A DNA stretch of 64,000 bases, from the NCBI GenBank assembly GCA_963730185.1, contig CAVSQW010000007.1, positions 224,001 through 288,000 of the forward strand, given 5' to 3'. Source of the DNA: an uncultured Gemmatimonadales bacterium. Lineage in GTDB: Bacteria; Gemmatimonadota; Gemmatimonadetes; Gemmatimonadales; GWC2-71-9. The notes below the pieces were generated by a model that worked only from the letters and a program-made list of their open reading frames with translations, did no database searches and was not told the origin of the DNA. Position numbers and translations under genes: made by a program. This document shows positions 23,385-34,194 of this stretch, in pieces; position 1 is the stretch's first letter, and the number at the start of each line of letters is the position of its first letter.

Positions 23385-24419
23385 GTGACCCACGCGAAGT
23401 CTAGCGCTCGCTATCGTGCGCCGGCCGCTCCGGTGTCGGCGCCCTCGCCCCCGGCCGCCCCGGACCAGCGGGTCGAGCGGAACCCCGGGATGCCGCTCGA
23501 GCTGGATTGGGTCCGGGAGGCCCGGGTCAACCGGAGCGCGGTCGAGCGTCGGGCCGCCACGCTGCCGACCCGCCGCACCGTCAAGAAGGAGTGGCAGATC
23601 GGCTGGCTGCTCCGGGCGGTGAGCCTGATCGATCTGACGACCTTGCAGGGCGACGACACCGCGGCCCGGGTCAGGCGGCTTTGCGCCAAGGCCCGCCATC
23701 CGGTCCGGCGCGACGTGCTCGAGGCGGCCGGCCTGGGCGATCGGGGCCTCACGGTCGGGGCGGTCTGCGTCTATCACGCTTTCGTCGAGGCGGCCGTCGC
23801 AGCTCTGGGGGAGAGCGGCATCCCGGTGGCGGCGGTGTCGACCGGGTTCCCGGCGGGTCTGACCCCGTTCGCCGGGCGGGTGCGGGAGATCGAGGCGTCG
23901 GTCGCGGCCGGCGCCCGGGAGATCGACATCGTCATTACTCGGGCACCCGTCCTGGGCGGCGAATGGCGGACGCTCTACGACGAGATCCGGGCCTTCCGCG
24001 ACGCCGCGGGACCGGCCCACCTCAAGACCATCCTCGCCACCGGCGAGCTCGGCACCTTGCGCGACGTCTACCGGGCCAGCTTGGTGGCGATGATGGCCGG
24101 AGCGGACTTCATCAAGACGTCCACCGGCAAGGAGAGCGTCAACGCCACCTTGCCGGTGGGTCTGGTGATGGCCCGCGCCATCCGTGCCTATCGCGAGCGG
24201 ACCGGGTACCTGGTGGGGCTCAAGCCGGCCGGCGGGATCCGGAAGGCGAAGGAGGCGCTCGACTGGCTGGCGCTGATCAAGGAGGAGCTGGGCGACCGGT
24301 GGCTCCGGCCCGATCTCTTCCGTTTCGGCGCCAGCTCGCTCCTGACCGACATCGAGCGGCAGCTGGAGTTCCATCTGACCGGCCGCTATTCGGCCGCGCA
24401 CCGCCATCCGATGGCCTGA
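23385..24419 (+). CDS. deoC: Deoxyribose-phosphate aldolase
   Basis: IDLTTL, EIDIVI, ADFIKTSTGK, KPAGGI, RFGASSLL; GAGGAG RBS before GTG. Confidence 0.93.
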   Translation: MTHAKSSARYRAPAAPVSAPSPPAAPDQRVERNPGMPLELDWVREARVNRSAVERRAATLPTRRTVKKEWQIGWLLRAVSLIDLTTLQGDDTAARVRRLCAKARHPVRRDVLEAAGLGDRGLTVGAVCVYHAFVEAAVAALGESGIPVAAVSTGFPAGLTPFAGRVREIEASVAAGAREIDIVITRAPVLGGEWRTLYDEIRAFRDAAGPAHLKTILATGELGTLRDVYRASLVAMMAGADFIKTSTGKESVNATLPVGLVMARAIRAYRERTGYLVGLKPAGGIRKAKEALDWLALIKEELGDRWLRPDLFRFGASSLLTDIERQLEFHLTGRYSAAHRHPMA

Positions 24420-24432
24420 GGGGGCGAGGATC

Positions 24433-26853
24433 ATGACGACCATCCGTGACGCCTTCGATTCCATGTCCTGGGGCCCGGCGCCCGAGTCGCCGGCGGAGGC
24501 GCTGGCCTGGCTGGAACGCCATGGCGGCTGCTTGGACCATTTCATCGACGGCGGCTTCGTGGCCCCGGCGGAGGGCGAGCGGTTCGCGACCATTAACCCG
24601 GCCAACGGCCGGCCGCTGGCCCAGGTCGCGCAGGGTTCGGCCGCCGACGTGGCCCGGGCGGTGGCCGCGGCCCGGACGGCGCAGCCCGGCTGGTGGGGCC
24701 TCGGCGGGCACGGCCGGGCCCGGCATCTCTACGCCCTGGCCCGCCATCTCCAGAAGCAGCGCCGGCTCCTCGCGGTGCTGGAGAGCCTCGACAACGGGAA
24801 GCCGATCCGGGAATCGCGGGACCTCGACGTCCCGCTGGTGGCCCGGCACTTTTACCATCACGCCGGCTGGGCCGAGCTGATGGCGCGGGAGCTGCCGGGA
24901 TACGGACCGGTCGGGGTGGTCGGCCAGATCATTCCCTGGAATTTCCCGCTCCTGATGCTGGCCTGGAAGATTGCGCCCGCCCTGGCGATGGGGAACACGG
25001 TGGTCTTGAAGCCGGCCGAGTACACCCCGCTCACGGCCCTTCTCTTCGCGACCATCGCGGCCGAGGCCGGCCTGCCGCCTGGGGTGGTGAACGTGGTGAC
25101 CGGCGACGGCCGCACCGGCGAGGCCCTGGTGGCCCACCCCGACGTCGACAAGATCGCCTTCACCGGCTCGACCGAGGTGGGGCGGCTCATCCGGGTGGCC
25201 ACGGCGGGGAGCGGCAAGCGCCTCTCCCTCGAGCTGGGTGGCAAGTCGCCCTTCGTGGTGTTCGACGACGCCGATCTCGACAGCGTGGTCGAAGGCGTGG
25301 TCGACGCGATCTGGTTCAACCAGGGTCAGGTCTGCTGCGCCGGGTCGCGGATCCTGGTGCAGGAGCCGGTGGCCGAGCCGCTCTACGACAAGCTCCGGGC
25401 CAGGATGGAGACGCTCCGGGTGGGCGACCCGCTCGACAAGGCGATCGACATCGGAGCGATCGTCGCGCCGATCCAGCTGGAGCGGATCACCGCCCTGGTC
25501 CGGCAAGGGGTCGAGGAGGGCGGGCGGCTCTGGCAGCCGAGCTGGAGCTGCCCCACCGAGGGGTTGTTCTATCCGCCGACCCTGTTCACCGACGTCGCCC
25601 CCTCGGCCGTGGTGGCGCAGGAGGAGATCTTCGGTCCGGTGGTGGTGGCCATGACCTTCCGGACGCCCGACGAGGCCGTGGAGCTGGCCAACAACACCCG
25701 CTACGGCCTGGCCGCCAGCGTCTGGACCGAGAACCTGAACACGGCCCTCGACCTGGCGCCCCGGATCAAGGCGGGGACGGTCTGGATCAACTGCACCAAC
25801 GTCTTCGACGCAGCCTCGGGCTTCGGCGGCTATCGGGAGAGCGGGTTCGGCCGGGAAGGCGGGAAGGAAGGGCTTTGGGAGTACGTGAGGCGGGCGCGGG
25901 GGGCGGGGAGGGATGGGGAGGGACGGGGAGAGTCGGACCAGGCGCCCACGGTGTCCTCTCCGCCCCTCCCCTCTCCCCCGATCACCCCGCCTCCCTCCCA
26001 GCTCGTTCCGATCGACCGGACCTACAAGCTCTACGTCGGCGGCAAGCAGACCCGTCCCGATTCAGGGTACGCCCTGCCGGTCTACGCGGCCGACGGGCGG
26101 CTGGTGGCGGAGGTGGGGCTCGGGAACCGGAAAGACGTCCGGAACGCGGTCGAGGCGGCCCATCGGGCCTCCGGCTGGGCCCGCCAGACCGCCCACCTTC
26201 GGGCCCAGATCCTCTACTATCTCGGCGAGAATCTGTCCCAGCGGTCGGCCGAGCTGGTGGCCGGCATCGCCGACCTGACCGGGGCCGGCGAGGACGCGGC
26301 CCGGCGCGAGGTCGAGACCGCGGTGCGGCGCTGCTTTGTCTGGGCCGCCTGGGCCGACAAGTACGACGGCCGGGTTCATGCCACGCCGTTCCGGAACGTC
26401 ACCATCGCCATGAACGAGCCGATCGGGGTGCTGGGGATCGTGGCGCCCGAGGCGCCCTCGCTGGTCGGGTTTCTCTCGACGGTGCTGCCGGCGGTCGCGA
26501 TCGGTAACACGGTGGTCGCGGTCCCGTCGGAGCGCTGGCCGCTCCCGGCCCTCGACTGTTATCAGCTGTTCGATACCTCGGATCTGCCGGGTGGGGTGAT
26601 CAACCTCGTCAGCGGGAAGCGCGACGAGCTGGCGGCGGTCCTGGCCGCGCACGACGACGTCGACGGGATCTGGTACTTCGGCTCGGCCGAGGGCGGCGGC
26701 GCGGTCGAGAAGCTCTCCGCCGGCAACATGAAGCGCACCTGGGTCGACCGGGGCCTCACCCGCGACTGGCTCGACGACGCCGAGGGCGCCGACGACGAGC
26801 TGCTCCGGGAGGCCACCCAGGTGAAGAACATCTGGGTGCCCTACGGGGCCTGA
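24433..26853 (+). CDS. Two-domain (ALDH16-like) aldehyde dehydrogenase
   Basis: PWNFP, FTGSTEVG, LELGGK, QVCCAG, EEIFGP; second truncated ALDH domain ending KNIWVPYGA. Confidence 0.9.
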   Translation: MTTIRDAFDSMSWGPAPESPAEALAWLERHGGCLDHFIDGGFVAPAEGERFATINPANGRPLAQVAQGSAADVARAVAAARTAQPGWWGLGGHGRARHLYALARHLQKQRRLLAVLESLDNGKPIRESRDLDVPLVARHFYHHAGWAELMARELPGYGPVGVVGQIIPWNFPLLMLAWKIAPALAMGNTVVLKPAEYTPLTALLFATIAAEAGLPPGVVNVVTGDGRTGEALVAHPDVDKIAFTGSTEVGRLIRVATAGSGKRLSLELGGKSPFVVFDDADLDSVVEGVVDAIWFNQGQVCCAGSRILVQEPVAEPLYDKLRARMETLRVGDPLDKAIDIGAIVAPIQLERITALVRQGVEEGGRLWQPSWSCPTEGLFYPPTLFTDVAPSAVVAQEEIFGPVVVAMTFRTPDEAVELANNTRYGLAASVWTENLNTALDLAPRIKAGTVWINCTNVFDAASGFGGYRESGFGREGGKEGLWEYVRRARGAGRDGEGRGESDQAPTVSSPPLPSPPITPPPSQLVPIDRTYKLYVGGKQTRPDSGYALPVYAADGRLVAEVGLGNRKDVRNAVEAAHRASGWARQTAHLRAQILYYLGENLSQRSAELVAGIADLTGAGEDAARREVETAVRRCFVWAAWADKYDGRVHATPFRNVTIAMNEPIGVLGIVAPEAPSLVGFLSTVLPAVAIGNTVVAVPSERWPLPALDCYQLFDTSDLPGGVINLVSGKRDELAAVLAAHDDVDGIWYFGSAEGGGAVEKLSAGNMKRTWVDRGLTRDWLDDAEGADDELLREATQVKNIWVPYGA
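25905..25999. repeat. Decamer repeat (GGGGAGGGAY) purine arm plus pyrimidine arm, in frame inside ALDH linker
   Basis: GGGGAGGGAT GGGGAGGGAC GGGGAGAG ... CCTCTCCGCCCCTCCCCTCTCCCCC. Confidence 0.75.
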
Positions 26854-26864
26854 GGACGCCAGCC

Positions 26865-27524
26865 ATGCCGGACTTCGAGCCGACCCCGCTGACCCGGGTC
26901 AAGCGGCTGCCCGAGCGGGGCCGCTACGACCGGGAGACGGTCCACGCCATTCTCGATGCGGGCTTCATCTGCCACCTCGGGTACGTGGTGGACGGTCGGC
27001 CGGTGGTCACCCCGACCTCCTACTGGCGGGAAGGCGACCACGTCTACGTCCACGGATCGGCCGCCAGCCGGATGCTCCGGACGCTAGGCGGCGCCGGACT
27101 GCCGTGCTGCCTGACGGTGACCCACACCGACGGGCTGGTCCTGGCCCGCTCGGCTTTCCACCACTCGATCAACTATCGCTCGGTGATGCTGTTCGGGACG
27201 GCGGAGCGGGTCGACGACGAGGCGGCCAAGCGGGCCGCGCTCGAGGCGTTCGTGGAGCGGCTCTATCCCGGGCGGTGGGCCACCCTCCGGCCGATGACCG
27301 ACCAGGAGCTCAAGGGCACTACGGTCCTCCGCCTCGCCCTGGAGGAGGTGTCGGCCAAGGTCCGGACCGGGCCACCCCAGGACGACGACGAAGACTACGC
27401 CCTCCCGATCTGGGCCGGCGTGGTCCCGCTGGTCACCCGGCCGGGTCCGATCGAGCCCGACCCGCGGCTCCTGCCCGGGGTGCCGCTGCCGGACCATGTC
27501 CGCCGAGCCGGGGGGGCGGCTTAG
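26865..27524 (+). CDS. Pyridoxamine 5'-phosphate oxidase-like flavin-binding protein
   Basis: RLPERGRYD, YVHGS, DGLVLARSAFHHSINYRSV, IWAGVVP. Confidence 0.88.
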   Translation: MPDFEPTPLTRVKRLPERGRYDRETVHAILDAGFICHLGYVVDGRPVVTPTSYWREGDHVYVHGSAASRMLRTLGGAGLPCCLTVTHTDGLVLARSAFHHSINYRSVMLFGTAERVDDEAAKRAALEAFVERLYPGRWATLRPMTDQELKGTTVLRLALEEVSAKVRTGPPQDDDEDYALPIWAGVVPLVTRPGPIEPDPRLLPGVPLPDHVRRAGGAA

Positions 27525-29092
27525 GTCGACGCGATTCCGATCGTCACCCGCCGACGCATCACCTTCTCCAGCACGTCGGCCTTGCGGGCGGCGCCCCAGA
27601 CCTCGAGCGAGAGATCGGCGCGGTGCATTCGGGGCGAGACCCGGATGGAGAGGAGGTCCCTCGTGATTCGGGTCGTCAGCCGGTCCACCAGTGCCGCGTG
27701 CCCGCGGTCGAGCCCGTCGGCCACCCGGAGAATGCCCGCCAGGCGCCGGACGATCGCCTGATCTTCGGCGTCGAGGCGGGCGAACTCCTCGTGCTTCTTG
27801 CTGGGTCCCTTCTTGCGGTGGTAGCGGCTGATCAGCGCGACCAGGTTCCGGTCGCGGGCGTTCAGGCTCAGCCGGTCGGCGTGGATGATCAGCTGGTAGC
27901 TGTGCTTGTGATGGCGGCGGTAGCTCACCACCTGGCCGACGTCGTGGAGGAGGCTTGCCGCTTCGAGCAGGGGGCGCTCCGACGGATCGGCGCCGATCGA
28001 GTCCTTGAGCCGGTCGAACAGCGTCAGCGCGAGGGTCCGGACCTGCTCCACGTGGCGGCGATCGCACTGGCAGCGGTCCACGAACTCGCGCATGGCGCGG
28101 AGCGGGTCGGCGGCCAGGGCGGCGGTATCGCCCACCATCTCGAGCAGCAGCCCTTCGCGGAGCCCGTAGGCGCTCACCGCCACGTTCCGAGCGGCCACGG
28201 CGTCGAGCAGCTCGGCCGTGACCGCCAGGCCGGCCAGGATGATGTCGGCCCGCTGGGGGTTGAGCCCGGCCACCTGGGCTCGCTCGGCGCTGGACTTGGT
28301 CGAGAGCCACTCGAGGAGCTGCTCCACCTCCGCGGTGGTCACGACCTCGCCGTGGACCTCGCCGACCTCGAAGCCCCGACGGGCCCGCGCCATCCGGCCG
28401 AGATTGGTGAAGGTGCCGCCCGAGCCCACCACCCGGGATCCGCGCCAGTCGCGGTGCTCGAAGGCCCGCTTGAGCCGGCGGCGGACCCAGGCGCGAAGGG
28501 CGGCGACCTCTTTCGGGGTGGACCGGCGGCCGGGGAGCATCAGCTCGGTGAGCCGGACGGCGCCGAGCGGGAGCGACGTCGTCAGCTCCACCAGGCCGTT
28601 CACCGCGCCCACGAGCTCGAGACTTCCGCCGCCGATGTCGGCGACGAGGGCCCGGGTATCACTCAACGAGAAGTGGTGGGCGACCGAGCGGTAGGAGAGG
28701 CTCGCCTCGGCGGTCTCGTCGATGATCTCCAGCTTGAGCCCGGTTTCCCGGCGGACCCGGGTCAGGAACTCCTGCCCGTTGGCCGCCTCGCGGACGGCGG
28801 AGGTCGCCACGACCCGGAGGCGGCTGACCTCGCGGCGCTCCGCCACGCCCTGCATCCGGGAGAGCGCTTCGATCGCGCGGTCCATCGCCGCGTCGTCGAG
28901 TCGGCCGGTGACCGCGATCCCGGTGGCCAGGCGGGGCTGGTCCTTCACCTCGTCGACGATCCGGAGACCCTTTTCCGGGTCGTATTCGGCCACCGAGAGC
29001 CGGATGGAGTTGGACCCGACGTCGATGGCGGCGATCCGCTCCGGACCGGTGCTGGAGCGGGACGGGCGGGAGGCGGTGCGGGGTGCGGTCAA
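27521..29092 (-). CDS. ppx: Ppx/GppA exopolyphosphatase with HD domain
   Basis: AIDVGSNSIR, ATSAVREA, DIGGGSLE, GLREG, LLHDVG. Confidence 0.9.
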   Translation of the reverse strand: MTAPRTASRPSRSSTGPERIAAIDVGSNSIRLSVAEYDPEKGLRIVDEVKDQPRLATGIAVTGRLDDAAMDRAIEALSRMQGVAERREVSRLRVVATSAVREAANGQEFLTRVRRETGLKLEIIDETAEASLSYRSVAHHFSLSDTRALVADIGGGSLELVGAVNGLVELTTSLPLGAVRLTELMLPGRRSTPKEVAALRAWVRRRLKRAFEHRDWRGSRVVGSGGTFTNLGRMARARRGFEVGEVHGEVVTTAEVEQLLEWLSTKSSAERAQVAGLNPQRADIILAGLAVTAELLDAVAARNVAVSAYGLREGLLLEMVGDTAALAADPLRAMREFVDRCQCDRRHVEQVRTLALTLFDRLKDSIGADPSERPLLEAASLLHDVGQVVSYRRHHKHSYQLIIHADRLSLNARDRNLVALISRYHRKKGPSKKHEEFARLDAEDQAIVRRLAGILRVADGLDRGHAALVDRLTTRITRDLLSIRVSPRMHRADLSLEVWGAARKADVLEKVMRRRVTIGIAST

Positions 29093-29772
29093 GAGTCCCG
29101 GAAATCCTCGGCGTGGTGTTTGATGGACTTGCCCTCGACCAGGAAGACTACGTCCTCCCCGATGTTCGTCGCCAGGTCGGCGATCCGCTCGAGGTTGCGG
29201 GAGACCAGGAGGAGCTCCATCCCGGCGCCGATCGAGTGGGGGTCCTCCATCATGTGGGTGAGGAGGATCCGGAACATCGATCGGTTCAGGGCATCGACCT
29301 TGTCATCCCGGAGGCAGACCGCCCGGGCGGCCGCGCCATCGCCTCGGACGAAGGCCTCGAGCGCGTCGGCCAGCATCTCCCGCGCGATCCGGGCCATCTC
29401 GACGATCTCCGGCTCCGGCGTGATCGGCCGGTTGGCGGCGATCCGCTCGGCGCTCTGGGCGATGTTGACCGCGTGGTCGCCGACCCGCTCCAGGTCGTTG
29501 GCGATCTTGATCACGCTCATCAGCATCCGGAGGTCCTTGGCCATCGGTTGATGGAGGGCGAGGAGGTTGACACAGTGCTCCTCGAGCTCCACCTCCATGC
29601 CGTCGATCACCCGGTCGCCCTGGATGGTCCGGCGGGCCTTCTCGGGGTCGCGCTCGAGCAGGGCCTCGACCGCGAGCCGGACGGCGGCTTCGGCCTCCGA
29701 CGACATGGTGAGGAGCCGCACCTTGACCTGTCCCAGCTCCTCGTGGAAATGGCGGTGCTGTTCCTGGGTCAT
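29089..29772 (-). CDS. phoU: Phosphate signalling protein PhoU
   Basis: [32 protein letters not shown]. Confidence 0.95.
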   Translation of the reverse strand: MTQEQHRHFHEELGQVKVRLLTMSSEAEAAVRLAVEALLERDPEKARRTIQGDRVIDGMEVELEEHCVNLLALHQPMAKDLRMLMSVIKIANDLERVGDHAVNIAQSAERIAANRPITPEPEIVEMARIAREMLADALEAFVRGDGAAARAVCLRDDKVDALNRSMFRILLTHMMEDPHSIGAGMELLLVSRNLERIADLATNIGEDVVFLVEGKSIKHHAEDFRDS

Positions 29773-30563
29773 CCGAATCTCCCGGTGATATAGGCCTCCG
29801 TCCGCTCCCGCGTCGGGGCGGTGAAGATCTGCTTGGTCGCCCCGTACTCCACCAGCTCGCCTTGGTCGAAGAACGCCGTCATCGACGACACCCGAGCGGC
29901 CTGCTGCATGTTGTGGGTGACGATCACGATCGTGTATTCCGCTTTGAGCTCGACGATCAGCTCTTCGATCTTCTGGGTGGCGATCGGGTCCAGGGCCGAG
30001 CAGGGCTCGTCCATCAGGAGGACCTCGGGCCGGTTCCCGAGGGCCCGGGCGATGCAGAGCCGCTGCTGCTGGCCGCCGGAGAGTCCGGTCGCGGGGGTGT
30101 CCAACCGATCCTTGACCTCGTCCCAGAGCGCCGCGCGATGGAGACACTCCTCGACCAGGTCGGGGAGCTCGCGTCTCGACACCAGCGCGTTCAGGCGGGG
30201 GCCGTAGGCCACGTTGTCGAAGATCGACTTCGGGAACGGGTTCGGCCGTTGGAACACCATCCCCACCCGCCGGCGGAGGGTGACCAGATCGGTGCCCGGG
30301 GCGAGGACCGAGGCTCCCTCGACCAGGATGTCGCCGTCGTACGACGCCCCCGAGATCACGTCGTTCATCCGGTTGATCGACCGGAGAAAGGTCGACTTGC
30401 CGCACCCCGACGGTCCGATGATGGCGGTGACCGCCCGGCGGCGGATGGCCAGGCTGATGTCGTTGAGCGCCCGCCGCTTCCCGTAGAAGAAGGAGAAGCC
30501 TCGGGCCTCGATCGAGGCCGTGTCGACCGGAACGCTCGGAGCGCGCGGCGCCGACGCGGTCAT
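29769..30563 (-). CDS. pstB: Phosphate ABC transporter ATPase (copy 2)
   Basis: [37 protein letters not shown]. Confidence 0.95.
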   Translation of the reverse strand: MTASAPRAPSVPVDTASIEARGFSFFYGKRRALNDISLAIRRRAVTAIIGPSGCGKSTFLRSINRMNDVISGASYDGDILVEGASVLAPGTDLVTLRRRVGMVFQRPNPFPKSIFDNVAYGPRLNALVSRRELPDLVEECLHRAALWDEVKDRLDTPATGLSGGQQQRLCIARALGNRPEVLLMDEPCSALDPIATQKIEELIVELKAEYTIVIVTHNMQQAARVSSMTAFFDQGELVEYGATKQIFTAPTRERTEAYITGRFG

Positions 30564-31330
30564 CCGAACCGTCCGGTGATGTAGGCTTCGGTGCGTTCCT
30601 CGCTCGGGGCGGTGAACATCTGCCGAGTCGGACCAGTCTCCACCATCGTTCCAAGATAGAAGAACGAGGTGGTATCGCTCACCCGGGCGGCCTGCTGCAT
30701 GTTGTGGGTGACGATCACGATGGTGTAGTCGCGCTTGAGGTCGATCAGCAGCTCCTCGATCCGCTGGGTGCCCTGCGGGTCGAGCGAGGCGGTCGGTTCG
30801 TCGAGCAGGACCACTTCCGGCGCCGGCGCGATGGTCCGGGCGAGGCAGAGCCGCTGCTGCTGGCCGCCGGAGAGGGCCATGGCACTGGCCCGAAGCCGGT
30901 CTTTCACCTCGTCCCAGAGCGCCGCCTGCCGGAGCGCCCGCTCGACCGTGTCGTCCACCGCACCGCGGCGCAGCCGGGGACCGGCTTTCAATCCGGCCGC
31001 GACATTGTGGTAGATCGACATGGTCGGGAACGGCGTCGGCTTCTGGAATACCATCCCGATCCGGCGGCGGAGCTCGGTCGTGCTCACCCGGGGTCCGTAG
31101 ACGTCGACCTCGTCGAGCAGCACCCGGCCTCGAATCCGGCCGCCCACCACCTCGTGCATCCGGTTCAGGGTTCGGAGGAAGGTCGACTTGCCGCACCCGG
31201 ACGGGCCGATCAGCGCGTGCACCCGGTTCGGCACGAAGCCCACCGTCACGTCCTTGACCGCTTCCAAGCTGCCGTAGAGCGCGGTCAGGGACTCGGTTCG
31301 GATCCGAGGACGGACCTCAGGCGCGGGCAT
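30560..31330 (-). CDS. pstB: Phosphate ABC transporter ATPase (copy 1)
   Basis: [34 protein letters not shown]. Confidence 0.93.
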   Translation of the reverse strand: MPAPEVRPRIRTESLTALYGSLEAVKDVTVGFVPNRVHALIGPSGCGKSTFLRTLNRMHEVVGGRIRGRVLLDEVDVYGPRVSTTELRRRIGMVFQKPTPFPTMSIYHNVAAGLKAGPRLRRGAVDDTVERALRQAALWDEVKDRLRASAMALSGGQQQRLCLARTIAPAPEVVLLDEPTASLDPQGTQRIEELLIDLKRDYTIVIVTHNMQQAARVSDTTSFFYLGTMVETGPTRQMFTAPSEERTEAYITGRFG

Positions 31331-32162
31331 CGAATCGTTGGCGGGTCGCAAGCCGGGCGGCGACGCTCAGCACCAGGACGACCAGAATGAGCACCAGCGC
31401 CGCCGCCCAGGCGATCCGATGCCAGTCGTCGTACGGGCCGGTGGCGTAGGTGTAGACCGTCAGGGGCAGGGCGCCCATCGGCTGGGAGAGATTGGTGCTC
31501 ATGAACTGACTGCCCAGCGCGGTAAACAGCAGCGGCGCCGTCTCACCCGCCACCCGCGCGATCGCCAGCAGGCTCCCGGTCACGATCCCGGGCAGGCAGG
31601 TTCGCACCACGACGCCCAGACTGGTTCGCCAGCGGGAGTAGCCCAACGCCAAGGCCGCTTCCCGGAGCGAATGGGGCACCAGCTTGATCATCTCCTCGGT
31701 GGTGCGCATCACCATCGGGATCATCAAGATGGCCAGGGCGACGCTGCCGGCCAGACCGGAGAAGTGCTTCTGGCGGGCCACGATCAGGGTCCAGGCGAAC
31801 ACGCCCACCACGATCGACGGCGTCCCGTTCATCACGTCGGCGACGAAGCGGCTCACCGTCGCCAGACGGGACCGCGGAAACTCGGCCGTGAAGATGCCCG
31901 CCCCGACCCCGATCGGGAGACCCAACAGGCAGGCCGTGCCCACCATCAACAGGGTGCCCACGATCGCCTGGGCCACGCCGCCGCCGGTCTCACCGGCGGG
32001 GACCGGGGTGTGGGTGAAGAAGGCGAGGTTGAGGCTGCCGGCCCCTTTGACGATCAGGGTGCCCAAGATGAGCAGCAGGGGGAGGACGGCGATCACGACG
32101 GCGGCCACCATGGTGGCGACCATGAACCGGCTCTTGAAGCGCCGCCAGGCCAGCCGGTTCAT
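31317..32162 (-). CDS. pstA: Phosphate ABC transporter permease PstA
   Basis: PSIVVG, LREAALALG, ARVAGETAPLLFT. Confidence 0.95.
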   Translation of the reverse strand: MNRLAWRRFKSRFMVATMVAAVVIAVLPLLLILGTLIVKGAGSLNLAFFTHTPVPAGETGGGVAQAIVGTLLMVGTACLLGLPIGVGAGIFTAEFPRSRLATVSRFVADVMNGTPSIVVGVFAWTLIVARQKHFSGLAGSVALAILMIPMVMRTTEEMIKLVPHSLREAALALGYSRWRTSLGVVVRTCLPGIVTGSLLAIARVAGETAPLLFTALGSQFMSTNLSQPMGALPLTVYTYATGPYDDWHRIAWAAALVLILVVLVLSVAARLATRQRFDARA

Positions 32163-33145
32163 ACGCCCTGGCCCCCGCTGGGCGAGCCGCGGGAGACCCG
32201 CCAGATCAGGAGCCGGGCGGCCGCGTTCACCAGCACGGTCACCAGAAAGAGCGTGAAGGCCACGTACGCGAGGGCCGCGAAGTGGAGATCGGTCACCGCC
32301 TCGCTGAACTCGTTGGCGATCGCCGCGGCCATGGTGTAGCCCGGGGCGAAGAGCGACGCGGCGATCTCGTGCCGGTTCCCGATCACCATGGTCACGGCCA
32401 TGGTCTCGCCGAACGCCCGGCCCAGACCCAGAATCACCGCGCCGACGATGCCGGACCGGGCGTAGGGGACCACCGCGGTCCAGGCGGCTTCCCACCGGGT
32501 GGCGCCCAGGCCCAGCGCGGCCTCCCGCTGGCTGGCCGGCACCGCCAGCAACACTTCGCGGGTCACCGACATGATGTAGGGCATCACCATGATCGCCAGG
32601 ATGATTCCCGCGGCGAGCATCGAGTTGCCGTAGATCGGGCCCTGGAAGATCGGCAGGAAGCCGAACGCATCCTGGAGCCATTGGAACACGGTGGTCCGCA
32701 TGAACGGCACCATCACGAAGATGCCCCAGAGCCCGTAGACCACGCTCGGAATCGCCGCCAGCAGCTCGATCACGAACGCCACCGGCTGGCGGATCGCCTT
32801 GGGCGCGAACTCCGTGATGTAGATGGCGACGCCGAGGGAGAGCGGGACCGCGATCACCAAGGCGAGGGCCGACGAGGCCAGGGTGCCGAAGATGAGCGGG
32901 GCCGCGCCGAACTTCTCGGCGACCGGATCCCAGTCCGACGAGGTGACGAACGAGGCCCCGAAGCGGTGAATGGCCAACTGGGCCCCGCTGTAAAGCTCCG
33001 AGACCAGGAAGGCGAGCAGCGCCGGGACCGCCAGGGCGGCCACGGTCAGCGCCACCCGAAACACCACGTCGCCGAGGTGGCGCCCCTCCAGTGACTGGGG
33101 CTCCACCTCGGCGACGGCCGGCCGGGGCGCCGACGGCTCGGTCAT
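32159..33145 (-). CDS. pstC: Phosphate ABC transporter permease PstC
   Basis: LAAIPSVVYGLWG, GRAFGETMAVTMVIGN. Confidence 0.95.
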   Translation of the reverse strand: MTEPSAPRPAVAEVEPQSLEGRHLGDVVFRVALTVAALAVPALLAFLVSELYSGAQLAIHRFGASFVTSSDWDPVAEKFGAAPLIFGTLASSALALVIAVPLSLGVAIYITEFAPKAIRQPVAFVIELLAAIPSVVYGLWGIFVMVPFMRTTVFQWLQDAFGFLPIFQGPIYGNSMLAAGIILAIMVMPYIMSVTREVLLAVPASQREAALGLGATRWEAAWTAVVPYARSGIVGAVILGLGRAFGETMAVTMVIGNRHEIAASLFAPGYTMAAAIANEFSEAVTDLHFAALAYVAFTLFLVTVLVNAAARLLIWRVSRGSPSGGQGV

Positions 33146-34176
33146 TCGATGGGCTTACCCCCGGCCTTGAGCGTGCCGAGGCGCTCCTTGACCAGGGTCG
33201 CCACGTCGTCGGGGAGCGGCGCGTAGCCGAGGTCCTTGGTCATGCCCTGCGCTTCGGGGCTCACCATCCAGGTCAGGAAATCCTTGATCGCCTTGGCCTT
33301 CCCGGCGTTCGGGTTGTCGGGGTGGATCAGGAGCCAGGTGAACGACGAGATCGGATAGACGTCCGGTCCGTCGGCGTTGGTGATCGAGACCCTGAAATCA
33401 GTGTCCGGCGTCAGGTGGGCGCCGGCCGCCGCCTTGCTCACCGCGTCGAGGGTGGCGTCGACGTACGCCCCCGAGGCGTTCTTGAGCTCCGCGTAGGGGA
33501 GCTTGTTGGCCAGCGCGTAGATGAGCTCCACGTACCCGATCGTCCCTTCCAACTGCTTGACCTGCTGGGTCACGCCCTCGTTGCCCTTGCCGCCGAGCCC
33601 GGTGGGCCAGCTGACCGAGGTGGCCTTGCCGACCTTGGTCTGCCACTCGTCCGAAACCTTGGAAAGGTAATCCGTGAAAACGTAACTGGTCCCGGACCCG
33701 TCCGACCGATGGACCACCAGCAGGTCCCGGGCGGGAAGCTTCACCCCCGGGTTGAGCGCCGCAAGCCGGGAGTCGTTCCACTTGGTGATCTTGCCCAGAT
33801 AGATGTCGGCCACCGTGGCGGCGTCCAGCTTGATCCGGGTGTCGCCCAGGCTGGGCAGGTTGTAGGTCAGCACCACCGCGCCGAGCACCGTCGGGACGTG
33901 CAGTACGCCCCCCGGGATCGCCGCGATCTGCTCGTCGGTCATCGGGCCGTCGCTGGCCCCGAAATCGATCGTGCCCTCGGTAAACTGGCGGATCCCGCCG
34001 CCCGAGCCAATCGACTGGTAGTTGATGTTGATGCCGGCCTGCTTGGCGTAGGTGTCGAACCACTTCCCGTAGATCGGATTGGGGAAGGTGGCGCCGGCGG
34101 CGTTGAGGCTGGTCACGTTGTCGGCGGCTTTGCCGCAGCCGGCCACGACCAGCGCGGTCAGGAGCAGATATCGCAT
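33142..34176 (-). CDS. pstS: Phosphate-binding lipoprotein PstS
   Basis: Lipobox VAGC; AGATFP, YQSIGSGGG, RSDGSGT, GKGNEGV. Confidence 0.95.
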   Translation of the reverse strand: MRYLLLTALVVAGCGKAADNVTSLNAAGATFPNPIYGKWFDTYAKQAGININYQSIGSGGGIRQFTEGTIDFGASDGPMTDEQIAAIPGGVLHVPTVLGAVVLTYNLPSLGDTRIKLDAATVADIYLGKITKWNDSRLAALNPGVKLPARDLLVVHRSDGSGTSYVFTDYLSKVSDEWQTKVGKATSVSWPTGLGGKGNEGVTQQVKQLEGTIGYVELIYALANKLPYAELKNASGAYVDATLDAVSKAAAGAHLTPDTDFRVSITNADGPDVYPISSFTWLLIHPDNPNAGKAKAIKDFLTWMVSPEAQGMTKDLGYAPLPDDVATLVKERLGTLKAGGKPIE

Positions 34177-34194
34177 CGTTACCGTCCCGTGCGG

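Noticed and set aside
29769..31330. Tandem pstB copies as a novelty
   Set aside because: Paired pstB genes are common, for example in Bacillus
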